A stretch of DNA of 64,000 nt from Phycisphaeraceae bacterium (GCA_963674705.1 OY771506.1:2656001-2720000); one strand, 5' to 3'. Shown: positions 37,974-49,552, numbered from the stretch's first letter. The notes: generated by a model not told the origin, from the letters alone. Program-made: numbers and translations.

Positions 37974-38592
37974 TTTTTTTCGAGCCTGTTTCGCCCCTGT
38001 GAACAATGCGCAAGCCGGGTTCTTTGTTCACATCCTCGGAAGGTATTTTTAGTGTATCGATCAGTTTTTTTCTGGCCCGGGACAGCCTGCTCATGACGGT
38101 GCCGATCGGGACTTCAAGTACATCCGCGATCTGGCGATACTTCATGTCTTCGGCGGCGAACAAGAGGAAGGTCGCACGCAGATCGTCGGGCAGATTGTGG
38201 ATGGCATCTTTCAATTGATCGTCCACCTGCTCCCAGTCTATGCTCGAGCCTTGCTCGTGTGTTGGTTCATCCCATATCTCGGTTTCGGTCTCCGGTGCGA
38301 TGACCTGCTGCATGATCCGGCATTCGACGGAAGAGCGTCTAAGCCGGGCGAGAAAGAGATTGTGGAGTATTTTAAACAGCCACGGCCGGATCGAGCTGGT
38401 GTCATTACTGAATGTATCTGCTGATCGGAATGCCCGCAGATAGGTTTCCTGCACCAGGTCTTCCGCTTCCAGGCCGTTGCGACACAGATGCAGCGCGAAG
38501 CGGTAGACGGCATCGAGTTCCGTCATCGCTAGTTCTCGGAATCGCTCCTGATCAAGCGGCTTTACTGGTTGGTGTGTGTGCGGCATTCGCAA
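37966..38592 (-). CDS. ECF RNA polymerase sigma factor
   Basis: AEDLVQETYLRA, WLFKIL.N, Y.QIA.VL.VPIGTVMSRLSRAR. Confidence 0.95.
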   Translation of the reverse strand: MRMPHTHQPVKPLDQERFRELAMTELDAVYRFALHLCRNGLEAEDLVQETYLRAFRSADTFSNDTSSIRPWLFKILHNLFLARLRRSSVECRIMQQVIAPETETEIWDEPTHEQGSSIDWEQVDDQLKDAIHNLPDDLRATFLLFAAEDMKYRQIADVLEVPIGTVMSRLSRARKKLIDTLKIPSEDVNKEPGLRIVHRGETGSKKNE

Positions 38593-38747
38593 GTGCGTTT
38601 TATTTGTTATTCAAAAATCACGATCTCCAAGTGAATAACCATCAACGGCTGCGCATATTCCAACTAAACGCACGAGTTGAAAAACTTTTAGAGGTAACGG
38701 CCTGCCTCGTGCGCGATCCCATTCCCTACTTTTAGAAGGAGAGACGT

Positions 38748-39542
38748 ATGAAGTATCAAACAATCCTAGGTTCGGCGGCGGCATGTGTGACATTATTAGC
38801 CGGTAGCGCTGTACAGGCTGCCCCGGTGCAGGTGAAGGTCACGATCGAAAATCTTGGGCCTTCGGACAGCATCGCCTTTTCCCCGTTCTTTGTCGCGGCG
38901 CATGACGGCACCTTTGATGCGTTCGATGCAGGATCGGCTGCGAGCACGGGTGTGCAGAACATTGCCGAGGCGGGCAACGGCGCTGATTTGGCTACCGCGT
39001 TTGCAAGTTCCAATCCATCCGGTGTATCCGGCACAGTGGTCGCGACTTCCGGCGGCTTCGGCCCGGGCATCTTCCCCTCCGGTGCAAGTGGTTCACTTAT
39101 CCTGAACCTCGATTCAGATCAGCATCGTTACTTCAGCTTCGGTTCTATGGCGGTTCCCAGTAACGATTACTTCGTCGGCAACGAATCCGGTACGCAGATC
39201 GAGTTGTTCGATGCCGGGGGCAACTTTGTCGGTTCAACCGTGACGCTGACCGGCGCTGATATCTGGGATGCCGGCACGGAAGTCAACGGCCTATTCGGCG
39301 CTGCCTATGTGGTTGGACAAAGCGGCGGCGACCACATTGATGAAAACGGCGTGGTGACACTCGGTGCCGACTTCAGCACCTTCTTTGGTCAATCGACACC
39401 GACCGGTGCGACGTTCAACTTCAATCCCGGTTCGGGTGACCAGATTGCACGGATCTCGTTCAGCGTCGTGCCGGAGCCGGCTTCGGCAGCGTTGATGGTC
39501 GGCGCATTGGGATTGGGGCTGGTGCGTCGTCGCGTGGCCTGA
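38748..39542 (+). CDS. Spondin_N-domain PEP-CTERM protein
   Basis: FSPFFVAAHDG, AS.G...IAEAG, SM.VPSND.F, IWDAGTEVN; VPEP tail. Confidence 0.9.
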   Translation: MKYQTILGSAAACVTLLAGSAVQAAPVQVKVTIENLGPSDSIAFSPFFVAAHDGTFDAFDAGSAASTGVQNIAEAGNGADLATAFASSNPSGVSGTVVATSGGFGPGIFPSGASGSLILNLDSDQHRYFSFGSMAVPSNDYFVGNESGTQIELFDAGGNFVGSTVTLTGADIWDAGTEVNGLFGAAYVVGQSGGDHIDENGVVTLGADFSTFFGQSTPTGATFNFNPGSGDQIARISFSVVPEPASAALMVGALGLGLVRRRVA

Positions 39543-39609
39543 AAACGTAGCTAATTTTCTGATCGCTAAGCCGCAGGCGGCATGATTATGTTCGCTTGCG
39601 GCTTGGTTT

Positions 39610-40236
39610 TCAGTGTCGGTAGCGGTGCAGCGTCTGGACGATTTTCTGATGGACTTCCATGGGGTGGTTGAGCATCAGCCAGAAGGTTTCGCTGATCGCT
39701 GAGCCGGCGGTGGCGAAGCTGATCGTGCCCAGGCTGAACACGCTTTCGCGTAAGGTGATGATGGTGTTGGTGTGCTGGATGTTTTTCAGTGTCGTTTCAA
39801 ATACGACCACACGCAGGACACCGGAGACGGTGATGATCCGTCGATCGGTAAGTACATAGACCCGTGAAAGCCATTCAAGGAATTGCCAGAACAGCCGCAC
39901 AAGCATCAGTGCCAATCCAATCATGACGATGTTCTGGCTGTGGTAACCGAGACCTGCCCGGGTGTTGATGCCGTAAGCTACGACGGTGAAGATGAGGATC
40001 AGCGAGAGTGTTCGCAGAGGCGCCAGGAGGATGAACCAGACGCTGGGTTTAAGTAGCAGGATGATGATCTCACCGGGTTGAAGCAGTTCGGCCGGGAGCA
40101 TCCCCGCCGCCTGTGCGGTGATATCACCGGCGCCGGCATCTCCCGTCAGGTCCTCGGCGAGGTACCGGTCCTTGAGCTGCTTATGCTCGGGCAGCGCGCG
40201 CTTGGTCGGGGGTGGTTCGACGGTGATTGGTGTCAT
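39610..40236 (-). CDS. Membrane protein with bacterial PH (bPH_2) domain
   Basis: Two TM helices, then Y.LTDRRII..SGVL...I....LGTI.F.TAG. Confidence 0.8.
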   Translation of the reverse strand: MTPITVEPPPTKRALPEHKQLKDRYLAEDLTGDAGAGDITAQAAGMLPAELLQPGEIIILLLKPSVWFILLAPLRTLSLILIFTVVAYGINTRAGLGYHSQNIVMIGLALMLVRLFWQFLEWLSRVYVLTDRRIITVSGVLRVVVFETTLKNIQHTNTIITLRESVFSLGTISFATAGSAISETFWLMLNHPMEVHQKIVQTLHRYRH

Positions 40237-40251
40237 ATCGAAGTACTATCG

Positions 40252-40845
40252 TCAAGCCTGTTCATAGACGTGCTGTTTGAGTGTAACGATGTCGGGCAGG
40301 TTGCGGTAGTAGTCGTTGAAGTCCAGGCCGTAGCCCACGACAAATTCATCGGGGATGTCGAAGGCGACATAATCCACATCGAAGCTCATGGCCGACGGGA
40401 TCTTTTTACGCAATAAGACGCAGGTCCGGAGGCTGATCGGATTACGTTGTTCGATGGTCTGCTTGACCAAACGCAGGGTATTCCCGGAATCCAGAATGTC
40501 ATCGACGATCAGCACGTGGTTGGAGCTGAGGTCCTCTGGCAGCTTGGTCAGGGCGGCCTCGATACTGGCGCCTTTGCTGCTGGTGGCAGTGCCGGGGTAG
40601 CTGGTGACGCTCATCACGCGGATCTGCATGGGCAGCGGCAGCCTGCGGATCAGGTCGGCCAGGAAGATGATGCTGCCGGTGAGGATGGGTACGAGGGTGA
40701 TCTCGCCGGGGCTTCCCGAGCTGTTTTTACCCGATTCTGACTCGGTTTCGGCCTGAAGATCGGCGGCGACCTTCTTGGCAAGCTCGTCCAGCCGGCGGCT
40801 GATGGTATCTCGGTCGATCAGGATGTGGTCGATGTCGTCTTGCAT
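40252..40845 (-). CDS. hpt: Hypoxanthine phosphoribosyltransferase
   Basis: VLIVDDILDSGNTL PRPP motif; FVVGYGLD...YRNLP. Confidence 0.95.
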   Translation of the reverse strand: MQDDIDHILIDRDTISRRLDELAKKVAADLQAETESESGKNSSGSPGEITLVPILTGSIIFLADLIRRLPLPMQIRVMSVTSYPGTATSSKGASIEAALTKLPEDLSSNHVLIVDDILDSGNTLRLVKQTIEQRNPISLRTCVLLRKKIPSAMSFDVDYVAFDIPDEFVVGYGLDFNDYYRNLPDIVTLKQHVYEQA

Positions 40846-40936
40846 GGGCCTAGTGTAACAGGACAGCCCATTTCAGGTTAACGCTTGACCCGGGCCGGAG
40901 CTGGGGCGACAATAACCTTTTACCTGACCCGTATGT

Positions 40937-42928
40937 ATGACCGGCAGGAGTAATATGAAGCATCATCAACGTAACGGCGTCCGACCGTCCCGATCAGGCG
41001 GCCGGCGATGGGTTGTTCGATGGCGTGGGGCGGTTTATAGCGCTCTAGCCTTGGCTGTGTTATCGCTGGCGCTGATGCCGGGGATGGTGGGCTGCGATAC
41101 GAACAAGCCGCGCACCCGCGCGCCCGGTGTCGCCCCGATGCCGACCTACACGGGCCCGGCCTACCTGCGGGGAACGATCGGGTCGCTGACACGGCTGCGC
41201 CCGGGTACCGAGCAGCCCATGCTGGTCAACGGCTACGGGATCGTGGTCAACCTCAACGGCACGGGATCAACGACCGCACCCCCGGCCCTGCGGCAGGCCT
41301 TGATCAACCAGATGAAGAAGTACGGCCTGGGCAGTGCTAATCTCAAGACATTAGATATGACACCCGAGCGTGTGCTGGCCGATCCGAATACAGCGGTCGT
41401 CCGCATTGATGGGTTGGTTCGGCCCGGAGCTTTGCCGGGACAGCGTTTTGATGTGCTGGTCAGCGCGATCGATTCGCAGACGACCAGCCTCGATGGCGGC
41501 ACGCTCTGGACATCCACGCTCGCGGTCGGCGGGGCGCAGCAGGCATTTAAGTATTTGCGGGAGCAGGCCACGGCGTATGGCCCGATCTATGACAACCCAT
41601 ATCGCGATGAGACGAACTCCGATGGGTCGCAGGAATTCGGCCGGGAACAGGCGATTGTCGTGGCGGGCGGCACGGTAACTGCTGCCCGTGACCTGGAACT
41701 GGTGTTGAATCAGTCCAGTTACACACGCTGCCGAGCCATCGCGGACCGTATCAACGAGCGTTTCGGCAAGACGACGGACGCCAAACCCTTGGCGCATCCA
41801 GTAACTGACCAGCTCATCGAGATCAATGTTCCGCCGCGATACGCTGATGATCCGGGCCAACTGATAGAGTTGATTATGCACCTCTATTTGCAGACCGGGC
41901 CGGGGTTTGAGGAACAGCAGGCGACCCGTCTAGCGGAGATATTGCGTACTGATCCGGAAACAGAGCGATCGGTTCGTCTGGCGTGGCAATCGCTTGGCAG
42001 GCCGACCGTGCAGGTGCTTCGGCAGTATTACAACGATCCTGATATGCACGTCCGATTAGCGGCTTTAGAGGCCGGGGCGTGGCTGGATGATGAACGTGCC
42101 AGCGAGTCGCTATCTGAGCTGGCGGAGAATCCTGATCCTGCTTTGCGCATCCGAGCAGCCAGGGCGTTGGTGAGTCTGCCTCGGTCCATCAAGGGATCCC
42201 GGGCGCTCAAGTCGCTTCTGGATGATGAAGAAACTGCTGTACGCATCGCGGCTTATGAGTCATTATCAAGCATCAACGACGGGGTTATCAGCGAGGGGCG
42301 GGTTTTTGTGACGGATGAGCTGGGTAATGACCTGAAGTACATCATTGACGCGGTGCCCTCGGAACGGCCGCTGGTTTATATCACGCAGGTCGGTGTGCCG
42401 CGTATCGTGATCTTCAAACCCGATCTGGGGTTCAAGACGCCGCTACTTACGCATATGTGGGATCACCGGCTGATGCTGACAATGGACCCGGGCCAGAACT
42501 ATTTGAATCTCTTCTACCAGCCGGCATTCAAGACGAACCCGGATGCACCGTCATCGATCAAGCTCAAGACCATGCCGGACCTGAAAACCCTGGTCTACGT
42601 GCTGGGTCACAAGCCTACGATCGAGCAGCCCAATGAAGGGCTGGACCTGACCTACAGCCAGGTGGTGAATGTGGTTTACCAGCTATGTCAGCAGGGGGAT
42701 GTCGAAGCCCCGATCGAGGTGGTGGTCAGCCCGTTGGCGAAGCAGGTCACTGATTTTGAAAAGGCCGATACCGTGCCTGATCGCCTAGAAACACGGCCGG
42801 AAACGTCGGGACCTGATGATGTGAGTCAGACAGACCCCGGGGCGTCCCCCGGAGTGGCTCCGGTGCCGACATCCCGGCCTGACACAACTTATCCATCCAC
42901 CGATACACAAACGACTTCCAGTCGCTAA
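40937..42928 (+). CDS. FlgI (P-ring)-like domain lipoprotein with HEAT repeats
   Basis: Lipobox-like MVGC; GYGIVVNLNGTG, TAVV...PG..PGQRFDVLVSA...SL.GGTL; HEAT-like repeats (VRLAA, VRIAAYE.L). Confidence 0.8.
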   Translation: MTGRSNMKHHQRNGVRPSRSGGRRWVVRWRGAVYSALALAVLSLALMPGMVGCDTNKPRTRAPGVAPMPTYTGPAYLRGTIGSLTRLRPGTEQPMLVNGYGIVVNLNGTGSTTAPPALRQALINQMKKYGLGSANLKTLDMTPERVLADPNTAVVRIDGLVRPGALPGQRFDVLVSAIDSQTTSLDGGTLWTSTLAVGGAQQAFKYLREQATAYGPIYDNPYRDETNSDGSQEFGREQAIVVAGGTVTAARDLELVLNQSSYTRCRAIADRINERFGKTTDAKPLAHPVTDQLIEINVPPRYADDPGQLIELIMHLYLQTGPGFEEQQATRLAEILRTDPETERSVRLAWQSLGRPTVQVLRQYYNDPDMHVRLAALEAGAWLDDERASESLSELAENPDPALRIRAARALVSLPRSIKGSRALKSLLDDEETAVRIAAYESLSSINDGVISEGRVFVTDELGNDLKYIIDAVPSERPLVYITQVGVPRIVIFKPDLGFKTPLLTHMWDHRLMLTMDPGQNYLNLFYQPAFKTNPDAPSSIKLKTMPDLKTLVYVLGHKPTIEQPNEGLDLTYSQVVNVVYQLCQQGDVEAPIEVVVSPLAKQVTDFEKADTVPDRLETRPETSGPDDVSQTDPGASPGVAPVPTSRPDTTYPSTDTQTTSSR

Positions 42929-43071
42929 ACTAGAGGACCCCGTTTCATGGTGTTGACGAAGGGGAGCAACATTGCCCGTGCTAGTTTGGGCGGGCCCACG
43001 GAGTCCGAGCCTTTTGGAGTAGGGCGGGTCCGGTGGTCGATGTATTTAGAGTCGACATGGAGGTCGATCGT

Positions 43072-46000
43072 ATGCGCTTAGCTAAGGTAACCCTGGCGGG
43101 TTTCAAATCTTTCGCCGACAAGACCGAGATCAAGTTCGATGCCCCTGTGGTGGGGATCGTCGGACCGAACGGTTGCGGTAAATCCAATATCGTTGATGCG
43201 ATCAAGTGGGTGCTCGGTGAGCAGTCCGCCAAGAGCCTGCGCGGTGGGGCGATGATGGACGTGATCTTCAACGGTTCGTCCAACCGTAAGCCTTCCGGCA
43301 TGGCGTCGGTTACCCTCAGTTTTGAGAATAAAATCCGCGAAGACGGCACGCGGCACCTGGCGATGGACCAGGACGATGTGTCCGTCACCCGCCAGCTTTA
43401 TCGCGACGGCACCAGTGAGTATCTGGTCAACGGTCAGCGTGTCCGGCTCAGGGACATCCGCGAACTGTTCATGGATACCGGCGTCGGCACCGATGCGTAC
43501 TCGGTGATCGAGCAGGGCAAGGTCGATGTGCTGCTGCAGTCCAATCCGGTGGAACGCCGGGCTATCTTCGAGGAGGCCGCCGGGATCAGCCGGTTCAAGG
43601 CCCGGAAGAAAGAAGCGATCCGCAAACTCGAACGCACCGAGCGGAACCTGGAACTGGTCCGCCAGCGTTTGGAAGATACCGAACGGCGTTTGCGCAGCGT
43701 GAAGATGCAGGCGGCCCGTGCACGTTCTTACCAGGAACACACGGCACGGCTGCGTGAATTGCAGTTGAGCTATGCACTTGCTGAGTACCACAAGCTGCGG
43801 ACGGAGCTGCAAGGGTTAGCCGATCTGCTGGAGCAGGCCGAGGCCGATCGGGCGCAGACCGCGCGTCACTTACATGAACGCGAGCAGGGCGTAGCCGATG
43901 CGGAACTGGAACTGCAATCCATCCAGGGCCGGCTCAAGCACCTTGATCACGATCGGCTCGAACAGCAATCGCTCAAGGATCAGGCGCAGCAGCGTATCAA
44001 CTACGCCCGCAGCAGTCTGGAAGAAGCACAACGACAGGCGAAGCGCGACACCGATCGTCTGGCTGAGCTTACCGAAAACCGTCAGCAGCTTGAAAACGAT
44101 CTGCATGAGCAGAACGAACTGGCGGAGAGTCTCGAACAACAGCAGGGCGATTGCCAAAGACGCCTGGAAGAAACGCAGCGTGCACACCGCGAACTGCAGC
44201 ACGAACTGAACGAGAAGCGTTCCCGGCTGGAAGACGACAAGGCGGGCATCATCAACCTGATGCGCCGCACCTCGCAGCTTCACAACGAAATCAACGCGCT
44301 GGATGCGTTTGAAAACAGCCTTGTTTCGACACGTGACAAGCTCAATCAGCGGGCGGACAGCGTTGCGGAGCAACTGGAAGAATTGCTCAGCTCTCGCGAC
44401 AAAGCCTCTGCCAAGCACGAAGAGGTCAAAGAGCTGCTCGCTGCTGAAACTGCCCAGCTTGATCAGCAGAAACAGCTTGCTGAAAAGTTCGATACCGAGC
44501 AACGCGACCTGACCCGGCGTCTGGGCGATGCCAAGGAAAAACGATCCGGTCTTGAATCACGCCGCTCACTCTTGCAGGAAATGCAGGATAAGCAGGAAGG
44601 CGTTGCAGACCCGGTCAAGGCAGTGCTCGCCCGAGCCGCTTCTCACGATGGTGAAGAACACAATACCTTCGGCTTTGTCCGTGGTTTGTTGGCCGAGCTA
44701 CTTGATACCGATGTCGAACAGGCGGCGATTATCGAAGCGGCGTTGGGTGACTATCAGCAAGCCCTGGTGGTCAACAAGCTTTCGGATGTCTGCTCGGACA
44801 ACGGCGGGAAAACCGCGATCGAATCACTCGCGGGCCGCGTGACGTTTGTCGCACTCGATAAGCCGCCGCTACCGGCTAACGTGGGCAGTGAATTGCGAAA
44901 GGTCGGCGATGGCAAGTTCGTCAAGCTGACTGCCGCGATCGATCTGGTGCGCTATCCCGACTGGGTGGGGCCGGTTGTCTGGCGTCTGCTGGGTCGGACC
45001 TACGTGGTGGGCAACCTGACTGAAGCGCATTCCCTGCGATCGCAGATGCCTGATGGATGCCGGTTTGTCACGGAGAACGGCGAACTGCTGGAAGACGACG
45101 GCCGCGTGCTGGCGGGCCCGCTTAATGGTGCTGCCGGCGGTCTTATCAGCCGACGTAGCGAGTTGGCGATGCTGCAGGTGCAAATCGCTGAACTCGATAA
45201 GACGATTCATTCGGATTCACAGATGCTCTCGGAGTTGTGCGACCAGGCAGCCCACGCCGAGCGTGTGTGTGATGAACTGCGTCAGTCGATCCTGGAAGCC
45301 AAGTCGATGTCTGCCGAGCTTGGCAGTAAGGTGGAATCGCTCGGTTCGCAGATCGCGAACCTTGAGCGTGAACAACCCGTGCTCGCTGCGGAAACCGAAC
45401 AGGTCCATCGTCAGCTCAAGGAAGCGGACGAGAAGCGCAGTGGGCATCAGAGTGAAGCCGATCGGCTTGAGCAGGATTCGGCCGAGCGTCAGCAGCGAGT
45501 GGAAGATGCGCAGGTCGAGATCGATGAGCTTGCCGGGCGTGTTGAGAACGCCAGTGAAGCAGTGACCGCCGCGCGTATCGATTCGAGCAAGCTCGCAGAG
45601 CAGTTGTCCGCAGCACAGCGGCAGGTCCGACAGATCGAGATCGCCTCGGCGGACGTTGAGCGTCAACGCACGCTGCTGGAGGATCAACTCGCAGGTTACC
45701 GCGAGCGTATCGCCGGCTTCGAGGCCACCCAGGCCGAAGCCGAGCAGCAGGCCAAGGATGCGGACCACAAGCTCAACGAACTGATCACACAATGCGAACT
45801 GGCGCAGCGTAAGGCCGACCAGGCCGAGACGGCGCTTGGTGAATTGAAGAAGTCGGTGCAAGCGTATCGGGCCGAGGTCGAGCAGGCGGACAATGCCTTG
45901 CATAAGTTGCAGGTCCATCAGCGTGAACTCGAAGTCAAGATGGACAGTGTGCGTCAGCGAGGCCACGAACAACTCGATCTGGACGTGACCGAAGCATACG

Positions 46001-47133
46001 AACGAGCGCTACAGGGCATTTCTGTTGACGAGGAAGAACCGACCGATGCGAATGCCGGCGGTGATGAAGAAGATCAAGCCGACCTGCGAGCGCTGGATGG
46101 CGATGAAACCGTAGCGGAAACGGATGAACAGGCGGAAGAGGAAACCGCCGACCCGTTCGACATCGACTGGCCGGCGGTTGAATCCGAGATCACTGATCTG
46201 CGTGGCAAGATCGCACGCCTGGGTACGGTGAACATCGACGCCATCGCCGAGCAGGATCAACTGGAAGGCCGTCAGGACCAGCTTGCCGACGAGGTCAACG
46301 ACATCGCGCAGGCCAAGCACGATCTGGAGCAACTGATCCAGCAGATCAACGAGGATTCACGTAAGCGTTTCGAGTTGACCTTCGAGACAATCAAGAAAAA
46401 CTTTGCCGGGCAAGACGGCCTGTTCCGCAAGCTTTTCGGCGGCGGACGTGCCGACTTGTTCCTGCAGCCGGATGAAGAAGGTAACGTGGATGTGCTTGAA
46501 TCCGGTATCGAAATCCGTGCCAAGCCCCCCGGCAAGGAGCCGTGCTCGATCAGTCAGCTTTCCGGTGGTGAAAAGACGATGACCGCGGTCGCGCTATTGA
46601 TGGCGATCTTCAAGACGCGGCCCTCGCCGTACTGTCTGCTGGACGAAGTCGATGCGGCGCTGGACGAGGCGAACGTCGAACGCTTCACGCAGGTGATCCT
46701 AAGCTTCCTGGACCTATCGCACTTCATCGTGATCACGCACCACAAGCGCACGATGCAGGTCTGCGACATCCTCTACGGCGTCACGCAACAGGAACGCGGC
46801 GTGTCCAAGCGCGTGGCGGTCCGGTTCGATCAGGTCGCCTCCGACGGCCGGATCTCCGATGATGCGGTGCGCGAGCAGGAAGAGCAAGACCAACTGCAAG
46901 CCGAGATCGAACCCGAACCTGAGCCGGAAGTGGATGAGGCGCAGCCACAGATCATCGAGCCGGTTGAAGAAGCAATGGAAGAGCTTGAGCCGGTTGGTGT
47001 GGCCGCTGAATCCGGATCGAACGGCAACGGTAACGGCAGCAACGGCAACGGGCATCTGGAAAAGATGACCAAGCGTGAGCAGCTTGCATCGATGCTCTCC
47101 GAGCGCGAGCCCGTTGAGGTAGAAGCTAATTGA
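43072..47133 (+). CDS. smc: Chromosome segregation protein SMC
   Basis: [16 protein letters not shown], long coiled coils, hinge, [16 protein letters not shown]; start after GGAGG. Confidence 0.97.
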   Translation: MRLAKVTLAGFKSFADKTEIKFDAPVVGIVGPNGCGKSNIVDAIKWVLGEQSAKSLRGGAMMDVIFNGSSNRKPSGMASVTLSFENKIREDGTRHLAMDQDDVSVTRQLYRDGTSEYLVNGQRVRLRDIRELFMDTGVGTDAYSVIEQGKVDVLLQSNPVERRAIFEEAAGISRFKARKKEAIRKLERTERNLELVRQRLEDTERRLRSVKMQAARARSYQEHTARLRELQLSYALAEYHKLRTELQGLADLLEQAEADRAQTARHLHEREQGVADAELELQSIQGRLKHLDHDRLEQQSLKDQAQQRINYARSSLEEAQRQAKRDTDRLAELTENRQQLENDLHEQNELAESLEQQQGDCQRRLEETQRAHRELQHELNEKRSRLEDDKAGIINLMRRTSQLHNEINALDAFENSLVSTRDKLNQRADSVAEQLEELLSSRDKASAKHEEVKELLAAETAQLDQQKQLAEKFDTEQRDLTRRLGDAKEKRSGLESRRSLLQEMQDKQEGVADPVKAVLARAASHDGEEHNTFGFVRGLLAELLDTDVEQAAIIEAALGDYQQALVVNKLSDVCSDNGGKTAIESLAGRVTFVALDKPPLPANVGSELRKVGDGKFVKLTAAIDLVRYPDWVGPVVWRLLGRTYVVGNLTEAHSLRSQMPDGCRFVTENGELLEDDGRVLAGPLNGAAGGLISRRSELAMLQVQIAELDKTIHSDSQMLSELCDQAAHAERVCDELRQSILEAKSMSAELGSKVESLGSQIANLEREQPVLAAETEQVHRQLKEADEKRSGHQSEADRLEQDSAERQQRVEDAQVEIDELAGRVENASEAVTAARIDSSKLAEQLSAAQRQVRQIEIASADVERQRTLLEDQLAGYRERIAGFEATQAEAEQQAKDADHKLNELITQCELAQRKADQAETALGELKKSVQAYRAEVEQADNALHKLQVHQRELEVKMDSVRQRGHEQLDLDVTEAYERALQGISVDEEEPTDANAGGDEEDQADLRALDGDETVAETDEQAEEETADPFDIDWPAVESEITDLRGKIARLGTVNIDAIAEQDQLEGRQDQLADEVNDIAQAKHDLEQLIQQINEDSRKRFELTFETIKKNFAGQDGLFRKLFGGGRADLFLQPDEEGNVDVLESGIEIRAKPPGKEPCSISQLSGGEKTMTAVALLMAIFKTRPSPYCLLDEVDAALDEANVERFTQVILSFLDLSHFIVITHHKRTMQVCDILYGVTQQERGVSKRVAVRFDQVASDGRISDDAVREQEEQDQLQAEIEPEPEPEVDEAQPQIIEPVEEAMEELEPVGVAAESGSNGNGNGSNGNGHLEKMTKREQLASMLSEREPVEVEAN

Positions 47134-47140
47134 TACGCCA

Positions 47141-47935
47141 TTGAACGTCATCCACGTAGCCGATGTTGATGATCCACAGTTGCGGCCATACACCGCGCTG
47201 AAAGATCGGCAACTGGCTTCGGAGATGGGGCTATTCATTTGCGAAGGCGAGCATAATGTCCGTCGCCTGCTTGCGTCGACTATGCAAACACATTCGATCT
47301 TGATCGCAGAGCACAGGCTAGCCGAACTGGCGGATGCGATACCTTGTGATGGCCCGGTTTATGTCGTGGATAACCCGATGTTGTCGAGCATCGTCGGGTT
47401 CGAGTTTCACATGGGCGTGTTAGCCTGCGGCGTCCGGCCGGTTGATCGACCCCTGGCATCTTTGTTGCCGGCACAAATGTTGATTGTGTTGCCTGAGGTA
47501 AGGATTGCTGAGAATCTTGGATTGTTGATCCGGGCGGCGCATGCATTGGGTGTTGATGGCATGCTGTTGAGTGATGTCGGTTGTGATCCATTTACACGAC
47601 GGGTGATACGTGTGTCGATGGGCTCCGTGTTCAGCCTGCCGATCGTTCGGTCTGATAAGCTCGAAGATGATCTGCAATGCCTGCGGGAGTCACATGGTTT
47701 TTCGCTTCTGGCCTCGGTTTCGGATGCAGACGCGATTGCTATTCATGACTATGCAAGGCCAAGCGGTGGGGTGGCTGTATTATTCGGAAACGAGCCGGAG
47801 GGTCTGGATAACCGTTGGGTGAAGCTGTGCGATCAGCGCGTGACGATCCCGATGGTTGAGGGTGTTGATTCCTTGAATCTGGCCATCGCGGCGGGGATCG
47901 TGATGCATCGATTGGTGAGTCAGAACGACCGGTAA
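47141..47935 (+). CDS. TrmH/SpoU-family RNA methyltransferase
   Basis: FICEG, NLG..IR.A.ALG, R.SMG, FGNE..GL, IPM...DSLNLA.AA. Confidence 0.93.
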   Translation: MNVIHVADVDDPQLRPYTALKDRQLASEMGLFICEGEHNVRRLLASTMQTHSILIAEHRLAELADAIPCDGPVYVVDNPMLSSIVGFEFHMGVLACGVRPVDRPLASLLPAQMLIVLPEVRIAENLGLLIRAAHALGVDGMLLSDVGCDPFTRRVIRVSMGSVFSLPIVRSDKLEDDLQCLRESHGFSLLASVSDADAIAIHDYARPSGGVAVLFGNEPEGLDNRWVKLCDQRVTIPMVEGVDSLNLAIAAGIVMHRLVSQNDR

Positions 47936-48011
47936 TCTTTGCTTATTTAACTGGCCCTTGAATTATGTCGATCCTGCGGGTTGTAAGGGTTACTAACACA
48001 AGGGGCCGGTT

Positions 48012-48353
48012 ATGGAAACGCAACCCAGGTGGAACGGGGAAGAACGACGGGCCACACCGCGTGTCGCCGGTCAAGGTGAACTGAAAGCGGCGGTGCTTGA
48101 TGCACATGGTCAGGCACGCAAGGTGCTTGAACAGGCTCAGGTCGTCAACGTCAGCGGCGGCGGTATCGCCTTTACCTCGACCGAAGCTTGCGAGATCGGT
48201 GATCAGGTCAACATCACCACCATGAGTAATAAGTACGCCAAGCCTTTCAGTGTCCGCATCGTCGGCGCGAACCGTCGCGGCGACGGCCGCAGCGAACTGC
48301 GTGGGCAATTGGTTGAAGGTTCCGTCCCGGCGTGCCTGATGTACGGGTGGTAA
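48012..48353 (+). CDS. Stand-alone PilZ-domain (c-di-GMP-binding) protein
   Basis: ERRATPR (RxxxR) and NVSGGG ([D/N]xSxxG) motifs. Confidence 0.85.
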   Translation: METQPRWNGEERRATPRVAGQGELKAAVLDAHGQARKVLEQAQVVNVSGGGIAFTSTEACEIGDQVNITTMSNKYAKPFSVRIVGANRRGDGRSELRGQLVEGSVPACLMYGW

Positions 48354-48403
48354 TCGCTCGTAATCTTGCGTACAGATTCAGAACGAAGAAGACGCGCACT
48401 GTA

Positions 48404-49552
48404 TCAGTGCGCGTTTTTTACGTCGTATTCGTTGATGCGATCGATCATCATGCGCAACCGGCCGTAGGCTCGCTTGGCGAAGACGAAACGCAACCGTGGT
48501 AAATCACGGTACCGACGTTCCTGTTCTAACGGGCCGGACTGTTCGATGCGGCCTTCCTTGACTAGATCAGCAAATTCTTCGTTCAACGCTTCGACTTGTT
48601 CATCACGCAGGGGCCTGCGCATGCGGAAGACGAGGATGTCGTTGACGAACCGCTGGGAGTGGTAGTTGCGGTAGAAGTCCAGCACGTGTTGAACCGCCTG
48701 CAGGGGATCGTCATACACGCGGTATAGTGAAAGGTCTTCTTCGCTGATGAGACCTGAAGCAAGCAGCTCCTCACGGACGTATTGGTCCCAACGCTTCCAG
48801 TAGGTTCTACCGGGTGCATCGACCATCACGATCGGGATCGTGGGGGCTTTGCCTGTCTGGACCAGGGTCAAGGCTTCGAAGCCTTCATCTTGTGTGCCGA
48901 AGCCGCCTGCGAAGAGAGCGATGGCCTTGGACTGCCACATGAACATCAGCTTGCGCGTAAAGAAGTAGCGGAAGTTGATGAGTTTGGGGTCGCCGACGAT
49001 GTGCTCGTTGGCGTTGGTTTCAAAGGGCAGTCGGATGGAAACGCCGAAAGACGCCTCGCGGCCTGCGCCGCCGTTGCCTGCCGCCATGATCCCGCCACCG
49101 GCGCCGGTGATGACCATCCAGCCGCTTTCAGCCATCAGCTTGCCGAAGGTAAGACAGGCTTTGTAAGTCGGGTCGTGTTCGGGTGTGCGAGCGGAGCCGA
49201 AGATCGCGATCTTGGGGATTTCCTGGTACTCTCGGAATACCTTCATCGCGTAGCGCATCTCTTTGAGGCTGCGACTTACCAGTTTAAGTTCGCCACCATC
49301 CGCGCCATCATTCATCAGTTTGGTGGCGGTGTGGATCATTTCACCGATGCGTTTGCCTTCCCAGGAATCGGGATCGCCCCCGGCCTCCCTGATCACATTC
49401 TGCATCGCCTGCACCAGGCCCGGATTGGCGGGTTGTATGTTAGTTCTTCCATTTCCCCGATCGTTGGTATTCAATGTGTCCGTCTGTCTATCCGTGTCGT
49501 TCGTCTGCTTCATCATCCTCTTTCTGTCTGTCAGTTCATCGTTTTTCATCAA
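48404..49552 (-). CDS. LOG family protein (YgdH/TIGR00730-like nucleotide-binding)
   Basis: IFGSART, ITGAGGGIM.AG, FRYFFTRK, GGFGT.DE.FE.LTL.QTGK. Confidence 0.9.
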   Translation of the reverse strand: MMKNDELTDRKRMMKQTNDTDRQTDTLNTNDRGNGRTNIQPANPGLVQAMQNVIREAGGDPDSWEGKRIGEMIHTATKLMNDGADGGELKLVSRSLKEMRYAMKVFREYQEIPKIAIFGSARTPEHDPTYKACLTFGKLMAESGWMVITGAGGGIMAAGNGGAGREASFGVSIRLPFETNANEHIVGDPKLINFRYFFTRKLMFMWQSKAIALFAGGFGTQDEGFEALTLVQTGKAPTIPIVMVDAPGRTYWKRWDQYVREELLASGLISEEDLSLYRVYDDPLQAVQHVLDFYRNYHSQRFVNDILVFRMRRPLRDEQVEALNEEFADLVKEGRIEQSGPLEQERRYRDLPRLRFVFAKRAYGRLRMMIDRINEYDVKNAH

